From Pavona decussata (lineage: Eukaryota): DNA of 64,000 nt. Below are positions 26,751 through 39,905 of this stretch, one piece after another. The first letter of the stretch is position 1. Every line of letters starts with the position of its first letter. Position numbers and translations under genes: made by a program. The stretch covers positions 248,001 to 312,000 of the forward strand of contig CDRNST010000289.1 of the NCBI GenBank assembly GCA_977016875.1. Direction: 5' to 3'. The notes beneath the pieces are model-generated. The model ran no database searches. It saw nothing but the letters and a program-made list of their open reading frames with translations, and had not been told where the DNA came from.

Positions 26751-28253
26751 AGAGTTCTAAAAGTTACCATAACTGATCACGAACGGGTGATATAGGCAAA
26801 TGTGAGGCTTCTTTAAACTTAAGCTTACTTTTCTTTTCCGGTCGGCCTGCTCTAACTTGCTATCCGTCGCTCTCTTCCACGTTCAACTTTGCTTGATCGT
26901 CTCCGCTTTTTTGTTTTCTTTTTCTCTCTCTTTCTCTTCTTTCCACGTTTGTCAATAGCGAGCTTAAGATCCGACGACGGCGGGTGTCTGGGACGGCAAG
27001 CGGAAGTGAAATTACTGCCAGAATTACTTCCGGCTGACGTTGTTGTGAAGCTTCCCGCCGTTGCGGCCTTGTCTGTGACGTGAAGTCGACCATTTTGCCG
27101 TTGCGTCTAAAACGTGAGTAAACTTTATAAAAGTAACACAATTTAAACTTATTTTCAGCGAAATTCGTTCGAAATTTTGACAGTTTATTCTTATTAGAGG
27201 ATGCCTGTGAAAATTCTGAGCAAAAACAAACGATTTGTGCAAGAAAATTTTAACATTCATTCGTTTGCCTTTCTCTGAACAGTTCACGATCGACTTCGTC
27301 ATCGATGGCAAAGAAAGCAATCCAGTAAGTTTTACAGTGTTCTTATTTCTTGGTTTATTTCTTTAAAAAAATATCGTAGAGTTCTTCCGGTATAATATTG
27401 TGGTTCACTAGATTATTCCACTCGTCTTCTCTGAGTCGAACAACAAGCCTTATCTTAGAAAGTAATTTTAATCAAAATCGAGTTTTCAGTCAGGCTTTTT
27501 CAGACAAAAACAACATTGTTGATTAGATGTCAAACATTTGCTGCTAGAAATTAATTGCTAAAAATACATTTATCATGATAAGTTTATCTGGATTATGCCA
27601 TTTTCGATTTTATAAACAAACAAGACTGCTCTGATTTGCTCTGGAGAGTTCTGAACTGAACTTATAGACATTTCCAAGTTGTTGGAATAAAATTAAGTTA
27701 GCAGACTCAAAAATATTTCATATACACTTAAATAACGCATATAAGAACCTAATCATAAATTTCCGTTTAGATCTCTGTACATGTGTGCCAAATGTAGCCT
27801 AAATTTTGAAACAGGTAATCATTGTACAACTTACATAATCAGAATTGCCTTCTGGACTGAGTGATCTGGCTAGGCATTATAATTATTATTGTGTTCTTTT
27901 AGGAATATTAAAAAATAGTTTAGCTTTATTTTATTGATATTTCATCGGTTTAAAAGCATAGAGAGAAATAGAATAACTTGAAATATGGTTTGTATTTGCA
28001 AGTTAAGATTGCAGACATTAAGACATGATAAATATGCTTATTTCATATAAACAATGGACAGTGCCAATTTTCCTCCAGCAACAAATTGAAAAACATTTTT
28101 TTCTTAGGAAAACAAGAAATCACATGGCCTAATTTCACAATAGACACCAGGAAGAATCTTCTGAGGCTAACATGGACAACTTCAGGTTCTTAAATGAGGT
28201 TTTACTGTATTTTAAAATCTGCATATCTTACTTTCTCAAAATGTAGATCTAAC

Positions 28254-28991
28254 ATGGAGTGGACAGAAGATCACGACCACTCTCTTTGTCAAGAAATTCT
28301 GGCTCTAGAACCCTTCAAAGCTAAAAAGGGAAGCATTGCAAGAGGACAAATCTGGGATCAGATTGCCAATAATCTTAACTCCTTGGAACTTCCACGATTT
28401 AAAGTTACCAAGCGCTCGGTGAGAGAGCGTTACATGTTACTCATTGAAAAATTAAAGAGAAAGTCAAAAGAGGAGGAGAAGGCCAGCGGTATCGAGACCA
28501 ACATGAGTGATGTTGAGAAAGCTTTGGAGGAAATACTGGAAAAGGAAGCTGATGCTGACAACACAAAGGAAATTGAAAAGAAAAAAGCAGATAATGCTAA
28601 AGCTGTGGAGATGCGGAATAGGGCAATGGAAAGCATGCGTTCAACACTGAAAAGGAAGGAGAGTGATGAAGTCAAGGATGTGGAGAATGTGCAACCTAAG
28701 CCAAAAGTTACAAGGAGGAGTGGTGGGGACGCAGTGTCATATCTACGTGAGAAAAATGATATGGTTCAGAAGTGGAAAACTGAAGAATTGAATTTGCACA
28801 AGCAGCGCCTGGAAGTTGAGAGTAGAACGCACGATGAGGCTCAAAAGCAACATCAAGATATGATGCAAATGATGGCCCAGCAAGTCCAGCAGCAACAGAA
28901 TCAAATGCAACAGTTTCAGCAGATGTTTGTTGCCATGCAGCAGCAGCAGTCAAAAATCATTTTGAAGCTTTTAGAAAAACAAACTAAGTAA
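28254..28991 (+). CDS. Harbinger Myb/SANT-like DNA-binding protein
   Basis: MEWTEDHDHSLCQEIL...RGQIWDQIANNLN...VTKRSVRERY...KASG followed by a coiled, Gln-rich tail; the frame is open. Confidence 0.85.
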   Translation: MEWTEDHDHSLCQEILALEPFKAKKGSIARGQIWDQIANNLNSLELPRFKVTKRSVRERYMLLIEKLKRKSKEEEKASGIETNMSDVEKALEEILEKEADADNTKEIEKKKADNAKAVEMRNRAMESMRSTLKRKESDEVKDVENVQPKPKVTRRSGGDAVSYLREKNDMVQKWKTEELNLHKQRLEVESRTHDEAQKQHQDMMQMMAQQVQQQQNQMQQFQQMFVAMQQQQSKIILKLLEKQTK

Positions 28992-29393
28992 CATGAACAT
29001 ATTGAATGTAGTTGTAAAAGTTCTACCCTGAGTTTTGTTGAAATTTTGAGGATTTTTTGTATGATTAAAGAGGGTTTATTTATATGTAGAGGGGGGAGGT
29101 CAGGGGCTGTGGTGATTTATAAATTTGTCTGTGTATTTTGTTGGGAAGTCCCCCTCCTCCTCTACTCTCTTCTTATACTTTGCACCCTCTCAGTAAACAG
29201 ATTTTGAACCCTCCTTACACTAACTGTTGTTGTTGGTACATATCACTTGATCTGAGTACAAACACTAGAGAAAAAATTCCAATACTTTAACAGTTTAGTG
29301 GCAGATACACAATGTTACATCTTGTTTATTAGTTGTGTATTTTTACATCAATTAATTATTCAATTCGATTTTGGGTACAATTAATTTAAGTTG

Positions 29394-30596
29394 TCAAGAA
29401 AAATAATCCTGAAGGGTTGGTGGATCAACGTCAAAGAAATCTGAAGTGAAATTGCCATACAAGGAAGTCATGGCATTCCTTAAAATCCCACATACAATGT
29501 ACATCTTTCCCACTGCACTCAATGATATCTTTTGAGTTTTCTTAAAGTCAACAAATTTAAAATAATTAATAATGTCCCCAAAAAGCCACTCTACTGAAAT
29601 GCGGACACTACTCATAGCCTTGTTGAACTCTTCCATCTGTGGAGTTATACCTGCAGCACGATATGGCACGACAAGGTGAACTCTTAATGGGTAAGCAGGG
29701 TCACCATATAAGGCCATGGGGTTACCAGTCGGTGAAAAGCATCATGTTTGCGGCCCTCTGGAAGAAAAAGAACATATTGGTCGAATTTTATTTTTTTAAT
29801 TTCCAAAAATTGTATCTTTTTTATACTACTTTATATCTTTCACACGTAAAACTTATTCCATCCATCTGTCCTTCTGTTTGGCTTTACAGTTTGACAGATG
29901 GTTATAACTTGAGTAGAACTTGAAAGAAATAATTTCCATTACCTACTGGCCCATACAGGTTGGCTATCATACCACAAGGCAATGCAACAGACTGGTATTT
30001 CAATCCGTGGACTCGTTTGTGTCCGTTGTATACGATTCCCTGGTTTTCTTGTGGTCGGCAAATGGGTCTTACTATACCATCTATAAAGCCAAAGCAATTC
30101 GGCAGGGCACTTCCTTTCCTCTGTATAGCCTCAGCATATGTCTGAAGTAGAGCGGGGGCCATTAGGGTGTTGTTCCATGCCGTCAGACGGTGATGGTGTA
30201 AACTATAGACAGTTTCCATGACGTGATTGGTGATCATACAAATTTCAGGAACTGGGCGGCCAAAACGATGGATAAGATCACTGTACCTACAAGGGTACGC
30301 TAATCTTCTTAACAGAAGGCAAAGGCCTTCAATTCCGTCGCATACAGTCCCCATGTATAAGAGTCAGGCAACCCCATTACCTCTGCGAGAATAGGTATGT
30401 CCCTTTTTCGAAAACGAAATTCTGCCAGGCACTCACTTTCGTCGAGTCCATCCAGATCAAATTGCTCATATTGGTAGGGAAAATCGGGATTCTTTGAACT
30501 GTTAGCATCAAACAACAGTAAAAATTCATCTTCTGAAATGTCTCCATCATCGAAACTTGCGAGTAATAATTCACGAGCCTTTCTAAAGGTAGCCAT
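29394..30596 (-). pseudogene. Harbinger (HARBI1-like) transposase with one intron (~29942-29758) and deletions
   Basis: LRRLAYPCRY, CFGFIDG, YNGHKRVHGLKYQ, GPV/EGRKHDA, YGDPAYP, RISVEWLFG; frameshifting deletion near 30354 and a deletion after HDA. Confidence 0.9.
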
Positions 30597-31953
30597 TACA
30601 CTTTCTTAACTTCGATAGAAATAAGTAAATATATATAAAGGCTTCACAAGGCCTCACAACAGCCCGCCGTCGCGCCCGTGAACTTAAGCCTAATTTTCCC
30701 GCCGCTGCAACGGCAACCTCTCCCCAAGCCTCCTCAACCAAGTCCGCCGTCGCAGACACACCCGCCGTCGTCGGATCTTAAGCTCGCTAATATATCCAAC
30801 AAATACGTATAAATTGTCTTTGTTTTTTAGCATTTCTGTTGTAAACGCATCTTGCCAAACTATCTCGCCATGCATTTTCCCGCCAAACAAACACGGGCGC
30901 ATTAGCATTGTGGGATTGCGTACGGACGGTCGGATGGAAAGAAATGACGTCATATCCAAACCAAAATTTCTCGCATTCACGGGTTACCAAATTCTCTTAG
31001 CTATTGGGCTCCGCTGCGCGCGCCTGCGGCGCGCGCGAGAGCTCCGCTATTATAATCGGCTTGTTTTTGTAGCTGAAGTTGCGTGTTCTAGGCAGATCAG
31101 CTCAAAAGTGACTCATTTGTTAGGTTTATGTGGTTGTTTTGTGGTTGAATCACATTCAAGAGACAGTGGTGCTCAAGGGGGTGATGGAAGGTGATACTTT
31201 AAAGCTTACAGTGTAGAGGGTTTTCGGACAAACAGAGAATATTTGCATAAAAAAAAATTTTCCAAAAGGAAAACCAAAACGTTGTGAAAACTCTCTATTA
31301 ATACTGACTCAAACTGCCCCCCCCCCCTCCCCCCAAAAAAGAAAGTGTATGTCATACGAAACGGACCTGCAGTCAAGACTGAAAATGCATAGTGAAATTT
31401 TTAATTAAGCGAAAATGCTGTTAAGCTGCATTTCAATTAACTGGAAACCATTTCCTCCTTTACGCCAATCAAATAGACACGATAATTTGTTTGCATCATT
31501 GAATTACGTGTCAGTGATGTTGAACAATCCACAATATAGTAACCGAGATTGAGATCTGCAGCTTTTATATATCGTTTTCATTGAAGAATAGCTGACGTCT
31601 CAACAAAAAAAGATAAAAGAAATGATATTACTAATGTTGTACAACATTGCCCATAGGCTTGTGAAAAAAGGCTTCTAAAAGAGTGATATATCCCTTTATA
31701 TCGCTTGAGCTTACTTTCTTTACAACAAAGAGATGCATTACCTCCCACAGTTCGTCAATAAATTTCAGATATGTTAATCAGTTTTTCACCTTTGAATTTC
31801 ATATTGGAACAATATTTGTCACCCACTTGAGAATTCTGCGGCAGCTCCGATGCTGAGTACACTAAAAACTACCCAGTTTGGCTATCCAGTCCAGAAATTA
31901 GTTTTCAATGGATACGACTAGTGGATAGATTTTTGTCCAACATATAACAAAAA

Positions 31954-32913
31954 ATGCTGGGTAATTCATCGTTGACGACGCGCAACAGCCACGGTCTTCG
32001 ACTCAACTACTGCTTCTTCCTTCAAATCCGAGAGACGGAAACTTCAGTGCGTGGCATTCCCGCCTTGCTTATAGGGGTAATTAACGCTGTATTCTCGCTT
32101 GTAGCGGTGGCTGAAAACGCTCTAATATTGGCAGCAATTCGAAGAAAGTCTTCGCTCAGAACCCCATTCTACATTTTTCTGGCCGGACTTGCAGCTACAG
32201 ACCTCGCTACAGGTTTGATCACGCAACCAATGTATGCGACTTACACCATAGTAAAATTTAACCAGCCTGATCTGTTTCCGTGTGTAGCGATCACAATTTA
32301 CCATACCTTTGACCGATATATTTCCGCACTGACGATAGGAATAATTACAGCCATGGCAATAGAAAAATGGATTCACTTGAGACACCCGTTCCTGATTACT
32401 ACAAGACGTATATACGTAATTTGCGTGGTTCTCCTTGTTATCCCAGCGTTATTTACTGGTGCTCGTATATGGCTCATATCGGTGAGGGATTTTCGAGAAG
32501 TTTGGATGCCTGTTTTGCGGGGAATTGTAGGTGGGCTCTGTTTACTAGCACTGCTGTTTTCTTATCTCAAAGTCTTTAAAACGATTCACCGCCATCAGCT
32601 ACAAATTGAAGCCAGCCAATCAAGGCAAAGTACTGCTCAGTCCACTGTCAACCTAGCGAAGTACAAGAAATCGGTTTACACCGTGCTCTTCATTGTGGCC
32701 CTCTTCTTGCTCTGTTACGTGCCGAGTATTATTTGCATGTCTGTCGTAGTTCTCTTAAATTGGTTGAATGAACCTTTCTCTGTGGTATACCATGCTTTAT
32801 TCACACTATTTTATGTTTCATCATCGATTAATCCTGTTCTGTACTACAGCAGAATCAAAGAAATTCGAGTTGAGGTAAAATTGTTGCTAAAAAAGATCGT
32901 TTGCAAAGGGTAA
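31954..32913 (+). CDS. Single-exon class A (rhodopsin-like) GPCR, 319 aa, copy 1
   Basis: Seven hydrophobic segments; EN.L in TM1, LAATD in TM2, EKW at the DRY position, FLLCYVP in TM6, SSINPVLYY in TM7; N-terminal NSS sequon. Confidence 0.95.
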   Translation: MLGNSSLTTRNSHGLRLNYCFFLQIRETETSVRGIPALLIGVINAVFSLVAVAENALILAAIRRKSSLRTPFYIFLAGLAATDLATGLITQPMYATYTIVKFNQPDLFPCVAITIYHTFDRYISALTIGIITAMAIEKWIHLRHPFLITTRRIYVICVVLLVIPALFTGARIWLISVRDFREVWMPVLRGIVGGLCLLALLFSYLKVFKTIHRHQLQIEASQSRQSTAQSTVNLAKYKKSVYTVLFIVALFLLCYVPSIICMSVVVLLNWLNEPFSVVYHALFTLFYVSSSINPVLYYSRIKEIRVEVKLLLKKIVCKG

Positions 32914-34861
32914 CATTCGATCAAAATTAAATTGCAATATTAAAAGTTGAAAGAATAAGTTTGAGCCAAGGAACGAATATTAGTTATCGATATATTGTAC
33001 AGCTGCAAATGTAAGGGTCTCTGTACGTCACACTTACAGTTTCTGAGTCATCATTTTTTAAAGAAATCCTATATAACATCAATACGGACATACATATATT
33101 AATTAATCTAAGCGATTTGACTTCAAATTTGGAGCTGCGTAGAAAGTGTAAATTGTAAAGAGTGACATTCTAACCAAATTAAACCTAAACTGCAATAAAG
33201 TTGAAAGAATTACAGGGAGTCAAGGAACAAACATTAGTTATCAATATTGCACAGCTCCAAATGTGGTAGTCTATTTACGTGATACTTTATAAGTTTCTGA
33301 GTCATCATTTTTAAAAGAAATCCAATCTAACACCACGTGTACGGGCATAATTAATATATGTGGTAACAATACTTGACGGTTTGACTTTAAATTTGTATTT
33401 GCGGGGGCGATGTCACCAAAAAGGTTGTCTTGAAGATCACGGAAGGGAAATTTGAAATATTTGAGTCTGCCTAAATGGTTTGTATTCTGCAAACTAGGGC
33501 AGCTAAATAAATATCACTTATATTTCAACCTTGCCTTTTTTAATTAAATATATTTTTTGATAATGTTATTTGCATCCTCTATGTCAGAGTGTGTCAACCT
33601 ATTTAAAAAGTTTATTTTAACTGTCATTCATATTAAGGAGAACAAGACTTTTAAATTTGAAAGACATGTTTCGGCAACTCCTGTGCTAACGACAGTTTAC
33701 GGATGGAATTACATTGATGAACAATATATAGCGGAAAATTAGAATGGGAAAGTGTCGATAATAGGCTGATAACCGGCCAACCTATTCAAATGTGTGAAAA
33801 TTTTAATTTCCGAGTGAGTGACAAAGAAAAACTAAGCTGAGAGTTCATCTTCCAACAACATAATAGAAAGAAAAATTTGTCAAGTTTCATTTAGGGGATG
33901 ATAAGGGAACTTCCTTAACAGGGTATCAGAAGTGAATAAGAGGTTGACCAGTGGTCCTTGTGCCTGCCCTAGTAACAGCTTATTGTGTATATGTCGTAAA
34001 TGTTCATAAATGAAACGTTTTGATATGAAAATCGCGTCTAAAAGCGCCCCTTTCAGCCAGGAGTCTTGCTGGGTAGGTTCCCTGTTATGGCATGGAAAGT
34101 TCACCAAATTTCTGATAAATCGCAAACACGAGTGATTCTTTAAAAAGAAAAACCGCGAAAGAAACGATTATTTTATTTATTATTACATTTACTCCGTTAG
34201 TCGGTTTAGTCTGCAGTAAACAAAGGGTTAATAGATTTTATAACATAGCGCGCGTGCTTCCTAATTTAATTCTTATCGGCGTCATCATGGTACATTTCTC
34301 AACATACGCACGGCCGTGCGTCCATCAGATGACGTGTGCAAGTCAGATGGGGAAGCGTGCGCGCTACGTTATTAAAAACTTTTTACAGAGAGATTACACC
34401 GTAAAGTTGTATGTTTATAGGAGCTTGTCGAATTTAATGAAACGTTAAGATTAAACCGATATGAGAAACCACTTTCACCTTTCTTTGTGTTTTTTGTACA
34501 GCACATTTAGAGAACATTGTAATTAATCAGGAACAAAACCTGTTTCCCAGGAATCATTTACTTTATTTTCACTATGTTATAAAAGAATTGGTTCATGCTT
34601 TTAACTGTGCGTATATCGAGTTATCGATGCACTTGGATGCACTCAAGAAGCTAGAGTTGCCTTACTTTTCTCTCGTGCTCTCCAAACTTCCCTCGTACAT
34701 CCATAACTCGATATACGCACGCTAAGCATGAACCTCTTCTTAGGTACTAGCGTAATTTGTATAGAATGATGCTGTATAGATCAGGCGTTATGGGGGCACG
34801 GTATTGTCGATAAATATTTGGCATATCTTCTGTCGTTAAAAAGCATATAACTTGCCATTGA

Positions 34862-35117
34862 NNNNNNNNNNNNNNNNNNNNNNNNNNNNNNNNNNNNNNN
34901 NNNNNNNNNNNNNNNNNNNNNNNNNNNNNNNNNNNNNNNNNNNNNNNNNNNNNNNNNNNNNNNNNNNNNNNNNNNNNNNNNNNNNNNNNNNNNNNNNNNN
35001 NNNNNNNNNNNNNNNNNNNNNNNNNNNNNNNNNNNNNNNNNNNNNNNNNNNNNNNNNNNNNNNNNNNNNNNNNNNNNNNNNNNNNNNNNNNNNNNNNNNN
35101 NNNNNNNNNNNNNNNNN
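34862..35117. other. Assembly gap
   Basis: Run of N. Confidence 1.
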
Positions 35118-35871
35118 AAAGTTATAGTAACAGTAACAGTAATAGTAATAATATTATTTAAACCGGGAGACTCTCTTACCGAAGTGATTTTCAGAAAGAA
35201 AAACAAGATAACAAAGATACATTATCCATTACTAATCTATCGAAACATTAGGAGGGGACTCCAGTTTATAACATTGTATCCTGACTCAAGTACTTTCCAA
35301 AACAACGAGTAGACGGAAATGTTCACAGGCGGAAATTTGTGACGAAATTTTTAGACCAGAATCGCAACTTTCCTATTCAGTTACTTGAAGAAAAACGAAT
35401 CGATTTTCCAAAAGTGCACATTACAGTTCTCGATTTTTTTTTTCAATCGAATTGTTCAAATACTGTGGGTTGGTTCGTATGTGCAAATATGCTTTGTTAA
35501 TTATAATTTTACAAATTTGTCGCCGGAGACATTTTCAGGCCGGAATCGTAACTTCCCCATTCAGTTACTTGAACAAACACGAACTGATCGATTTCGAATT
35601 AAAAGTGCACATTACATTTTCGATTTTTTTTGTAATCGATTTGTTCATATACTGTGGGTTGGTACGTTTGTGCAAACATGCTTTGTTAATTTGTCACCTT
35701 TGAATTTCATATTGGAACAGTAACTGTCATCCAATTGTTAATTCTTTGACAGCTTGCATGCTGTGTACACTGATAACCTATTCACTCTATTCAGTTTGGC
35801 TGTTTATCCAGAAATTTTTCTTTCATTGGGAGCGACTAGTGGAGAGGTTTTTGTCCAACATAAAACAAAAA

Positions 35872-36825
35872 ATGCTGAGTAATTCATCGTTGATGACGCG
35901 CAACAGCCACGGTCTTCGATTTAACTACTGCTTCTTCCTTCAAGTCCAGGAGACAAAAACTTCAGTGCATGGCATTCCTGCCTTGCTGATAGGGGTCATT
36001 AACGCTGTATTCTCACTTGTAGCGGTGGTTGAAAACGCTCTAATATTGGCAGCAATTCGAAGAAAATCTTCGCTCAGAACCCCATCCTACGTTTTTTTGG
36101 CCGGACTTGCAGCTACAGACCTCGCTACAGGTTTGATCACCCAACCAATGTATGCGACTTACACCATAGCGAAATTTAACCGACCTGATCTGTTTCCGTG
36201 TGTAGCGGTCACAATTTACCATACTTTTGACCGCTATCTTTCCGCACTGACAATAGGAATCATTACAGCCATGGCAATAGAAAAATGGATTCACTTGAGA
36301 CACCCGTTCCTGGCAAGACGTATATATGTAATTTACGTGGTTCTCCTTTTTATCCCAGCGTTATTTACTGGTGCTCGTGTGTTGCTCATATCGGTGAAGG
36401 ATTTTCGAGAAGTATGGGTGCCTGTTTTGCGGGCAATTTTCGGCGGGCTCTGTTTACTAGCACTGTTATTTTCTTGTTTCAAAGTCTTCAAAACGATTCG
36501 CCGCCATCAGCTACAAATTCAAGCCAGCCAATCAAGGCAAAGTACTGCTCAGCCCACTATCAACCTAGCGAAGTTCAAGAAATCGGTTTACACCATGCTC
36601 CTTATTGTGGCCCTCTTCTTGCTCTGTTACTTGCCGAGTATTATTTGCATGTCTGTCGTAGTTCTGTTAAATTGGTTCAATGAACCTTTCTCTGTGGTAT
36701 ACCATGCTTTATTCACACTGTTTTATGTTTCATCATCAATAAATCCCGTTCTATATTACAGCAGAATCAAAGAAATTCGGGTTGAGGTAAAATTGCTGCT
36801 AAAAAGTATCGTTTGCAAAGGGTAA
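35872..36825 (+). CDS. Single-exon class A GPCR, copy 2 (tandem paralogue; likely start MLSNSS at 35872)
   Basis: Highly similar to 31954-32913 with the same motifs and a 2-aa deletion in ICL2; the flanks are duplicated too. Confidence 0.95.
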   Translation: MLSNSSLMTRNSHGLRFNYCFFLQVQETKTSVHGIPALLIGVINAVFSLVAVVENALILAAIRRKSSLRTPSYVFLAGLAATDLATGLITQPMYATYTIAKFNRPDLFPCVAVTIYHTFDRYLSALTIGIITAMAIEKWIHLRHPFLARRIYVIYVVLLFIPALFTGARVLLISVKDFREVWVPVLRAIFGGLCLLALLFSCFKVFKTIRRHQLQIQASQSRQSTAQPTINLAKFKKSVYTMLLIVALFLLCYLPSIICMSVVVLLNWFNEPFSVVYHALFTLFYVSSSINPVLYYSRIKEIRVEVKLLLKSIVCKG

Positions 36826-38624
36826 CATTCTATCAAAATTAAACTGCAATATTAACAATAAAGTTGAAAGAATAAGTTTGAGACAAGGAACAATCATTAT
36901 AGTTATCGATATATTGCACAGCTGGAATTTTTTTTTTTCCTTTGTACGCCACGCTAACATGTACAGTTTCTGAGTTATCATTTTTTAGCTAAATCCTATA
37001 TAACATAAATACGGACATACATATAATAAATGTAAGCGATTTGACTCCAAATTTGGAGCTGCGTAGAAAGTGTAAATTGTAAAGGGTGACATTCTAACAA
37101 AAGTAAACCTAAGCTGCAATAAAGTTGTAAGAATTACAGGGAGTCAAGGAACAAAAAATAGTTATCAATATTGCACAGCTCCAAATGTGGTAGTCTCTTT
37201 AGGTAATACTATATAAGTTTCTGGGTCTCCATTTTAAAAAGAAATCCAATCTATCACCATGTTTACAGGCATAATTAATATATGTGGTAACAATACTTGG
37301 CTATTTGACTCCAAATTTGTGTGTGCGTGGGCGATGTTACCAAAAAGGTTGTCTTGAAGATCTCGGAAGGGAAATTTGAAATATTTGTGTCTGCCAAAAT
37401 GATTTGTATTCTGCAAACTAGGGCAGCTAAGTAAATATCACTTATATTTCAACCTTGCCTCTTTTAATTAAATATATTTTTTAATAATGTTATTTGCATC
37501 CTATATGTCAGAGTGTGTCCACCTATTTAAAAAGTTTATTTTAACTGTCATTCAATGGGAAAGTGTCGATAATAGGCTGATAACCGGCCAACCTATTCAA
37601 ATGTGTGATAATTTTTTTTTCCGAGTGAGTAACGAAGAAAAACTAAGCTGACAGTTCATCTTTCAACAACATAACAGAAAGAAAAATATGTCAAGTTTCA
37701 TTTTGGGGATGATAAGGAAACTTCCTTAACAGGGTATCAGAAGTGAATGAGAGGTTGACAAGTGGTCCTTGTGCCTGCCCTAGTAACAGTTTATTGTGTG
37801 CATGTTCTAAATGTTCATAGATGAAACGTTTTGATATGAAAATCCCGTCTAAAAGCACCCCTTTTCCAGGAGTCTTGCTGGGTTCGTTCCCTGTTATGGC
37901 ATGGAAAATTAGCAAACACGAGTTATTCTTTAAAAAAAAAATCGCCAGAGAAATGATTATTTTATTTATTACTACATTTACTCAGTTAGTCGGTTTAGTC
38001 TGCAGTAAACAAAGGGTTAATAGATTGTATAACATAGCGCGCGTGCATTCTAATCTAATTCTTATTGGCGTCTTCATGGTACATTTCTCAACATACGCAG
38101 GGCCTTGCGTATGCGCGCGCTACGTTATAAAAAAACTTTTTACCGAGAGATAACACCATAAAATTGTATGTTTATAGTAGCTTGTCGAATTTAATGAAAC
38201 GTTAAGATTAAACCGATATGAGAAACCACTTTCACCTTTTTGTTTTTTGTACAGCACATTTAGAGAATATTGTAGTTAATCAGGAACAAAACCTGTTTCC
38301 CAGGAATCATTTACTTTATTTTCATTATGTTATAAAAAAATTGGTTCGTGGTTTTAAAAGTGCGTATATCGAGTTATGGATGCACTTGGATACGCCTCGA
38401 ACAACTCTTACGCTTCTCTCGTGCTCTCCAAACTTCCTGCGTGCATCCATAACTCTATATACGCACGCTAAGCATGAACCAATTCTTAAGTACTAGCATA
38501 ATTTGTATAGAATGACGCTGTATAGATCAGGCGTTATGGGGGCACGGTGAAGCGATATATATTTGGCATAATACTGTTATTAAACAGCATAGAAGCTGTA
38601 GAAGGCATTGAATGGCAGGTTATA

Positions 38625-38753
38625 TTAGTAATAGTAATAGTAATAGTAATAGTAATAGTAATAGTAATAGTAATAGTAATAGTAATAGTAATGGTAATGG
38701 TAATGGTAGTGGTAATGGTAATGGTAATGGTAATGGTAATAGTAATAGTAATA
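38625..38753. repeat. Compound microsatellite (AGTAAT)n/(GGTAAT)n
   Basis: Seen directly in the sequence. Confidence 0.98.
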
Positions 38754-39210
38754 GACTCAACCAACAGCTGCTGTCCTTTTCTAGAATTGGAACGAGAATT
38801 TGGAATAAAATTCCTCCTCAACTACGTGAGTTACGTAAAACACTTTTCAAGCGTAAACTGCATGAATTGCTCTTAAAGGTTTTGGAGACTGAGGAGGTGT
38901 ATGTTGATATAAATGCTGTAACTCGTATTAATCTCATGTCACAGCTTGGTTAGCTTACACTTAACTTTCTAAATAATACTTAGTCATTTAGGTGATTTAC
39001 TTATTCATTTATTTTCTTATTTAAAACTTCTTCTCTTTGTTTAATGAATCTATTTTGTGTTGTTAATTTTCTTTTCCTTTTGAACATGAAACAATTATCA
39101 ATGCTACCCACCTCGAATAGCCCAGCTAATTGCGGGTAACTAATATTGTAAAAAGTGTCTTCTTTTATAATAAATTTATTAATAAATTAATTAAAAATAA
39201 TAATAATAAT
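38752..39210 (+). mobile_element. 3' fragment of a CR1/L2-type LINE
   Basis: RLNQQLLSFSRIGTRIWNKIPPQLRELRKTLFKRKLH is a typical ORF2 C-terminus (SF...G..IWN.IP), followed by a 3' UTR and a (TAA)n tail. Confidence 0.7.
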
Positions 39211-39905
39211 AAATAAAAATGATAAAAAAGGAAAAAAAATACCAACAGTAACAGTAATAGTAATGATATTATTTAATCCGGGAGACTCGCTTACCGAAGT
39301 GCTTTTCAGTTTTTTTTTTTTGCTGGAAAAAAAAGCTGATAGATGATTAAGGAGTAAAGAATTAAGATCAGAATACAGTAGATAAAATCTAACAAGTAAC
39401 AGCCGAGTAAAAATGTCCTAAAATTGACATTTTATTGACTTTAAATTGATCCTGTTTTCGCGTAACGTACCAGTTAGGGCCGCGGAGATACCTTAATTAA
39501 GAGAGCTTTAGCAACGACGACGGCGACGGCAAAGGGCGGACCAAAAAACGATAGGATTAATGAGCAAAAACAATGGCCCTGTACGTGCGTTTTATGATTT
39601 GGTACATTTCTTTGCCGTCATCAGGAAAACAACAACGTGAAATAACCAAATTCAAGGTTTTCGGAGAACGTGAGCACAAGTCGGTGAATTTGTCATTATA
39701 CTTCGTATATAACGATGGATTCAAATCTGACAGCCAGTCCGGTCAGCTGCATGCATATTTCTTTACGGTAATTATCATTTCTTTAATACTAAAACAAGAT
39801 AACAAAGATACATTATCCATTACTAATCTATCGAAACATTAAGAAGGGACTCCAGATTATGAAATTGTATCCTGACTCAAGTACTTTTCACAACAACAAG
39901 AGTAA

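Larger units (their letters stand above)
26957..30788. mobile_element. PIF/Harbinger DNA transposon with two convergent genes
   Basis: Perfect 31-bp TIR AGCGAGCTTAAGATCCGACGACGGCGGGTGT; AAT duplication on both sides; Myb/SANT ORF on +, DDE transposase on -. Confidence 0.93.

Noticed and set aside
34781-35206. ORFs spanning X runs (also 47627-48092)
   Set aside because: Artefacts of the assembly gaps.
35746-35871. 42-aa N-terminal extension of GPCR copy 2
   Set aside because: It begins at a non-ATG codon, and the equivalent region of copy 1 has an in-frame stop just before the ATG.
38534-38953. ORFs with poly-IT, poly-VI and poly-NS tracts
   Set aside because: They are translations of the (AGTAAT)n microsatellite plus a LINE tail.
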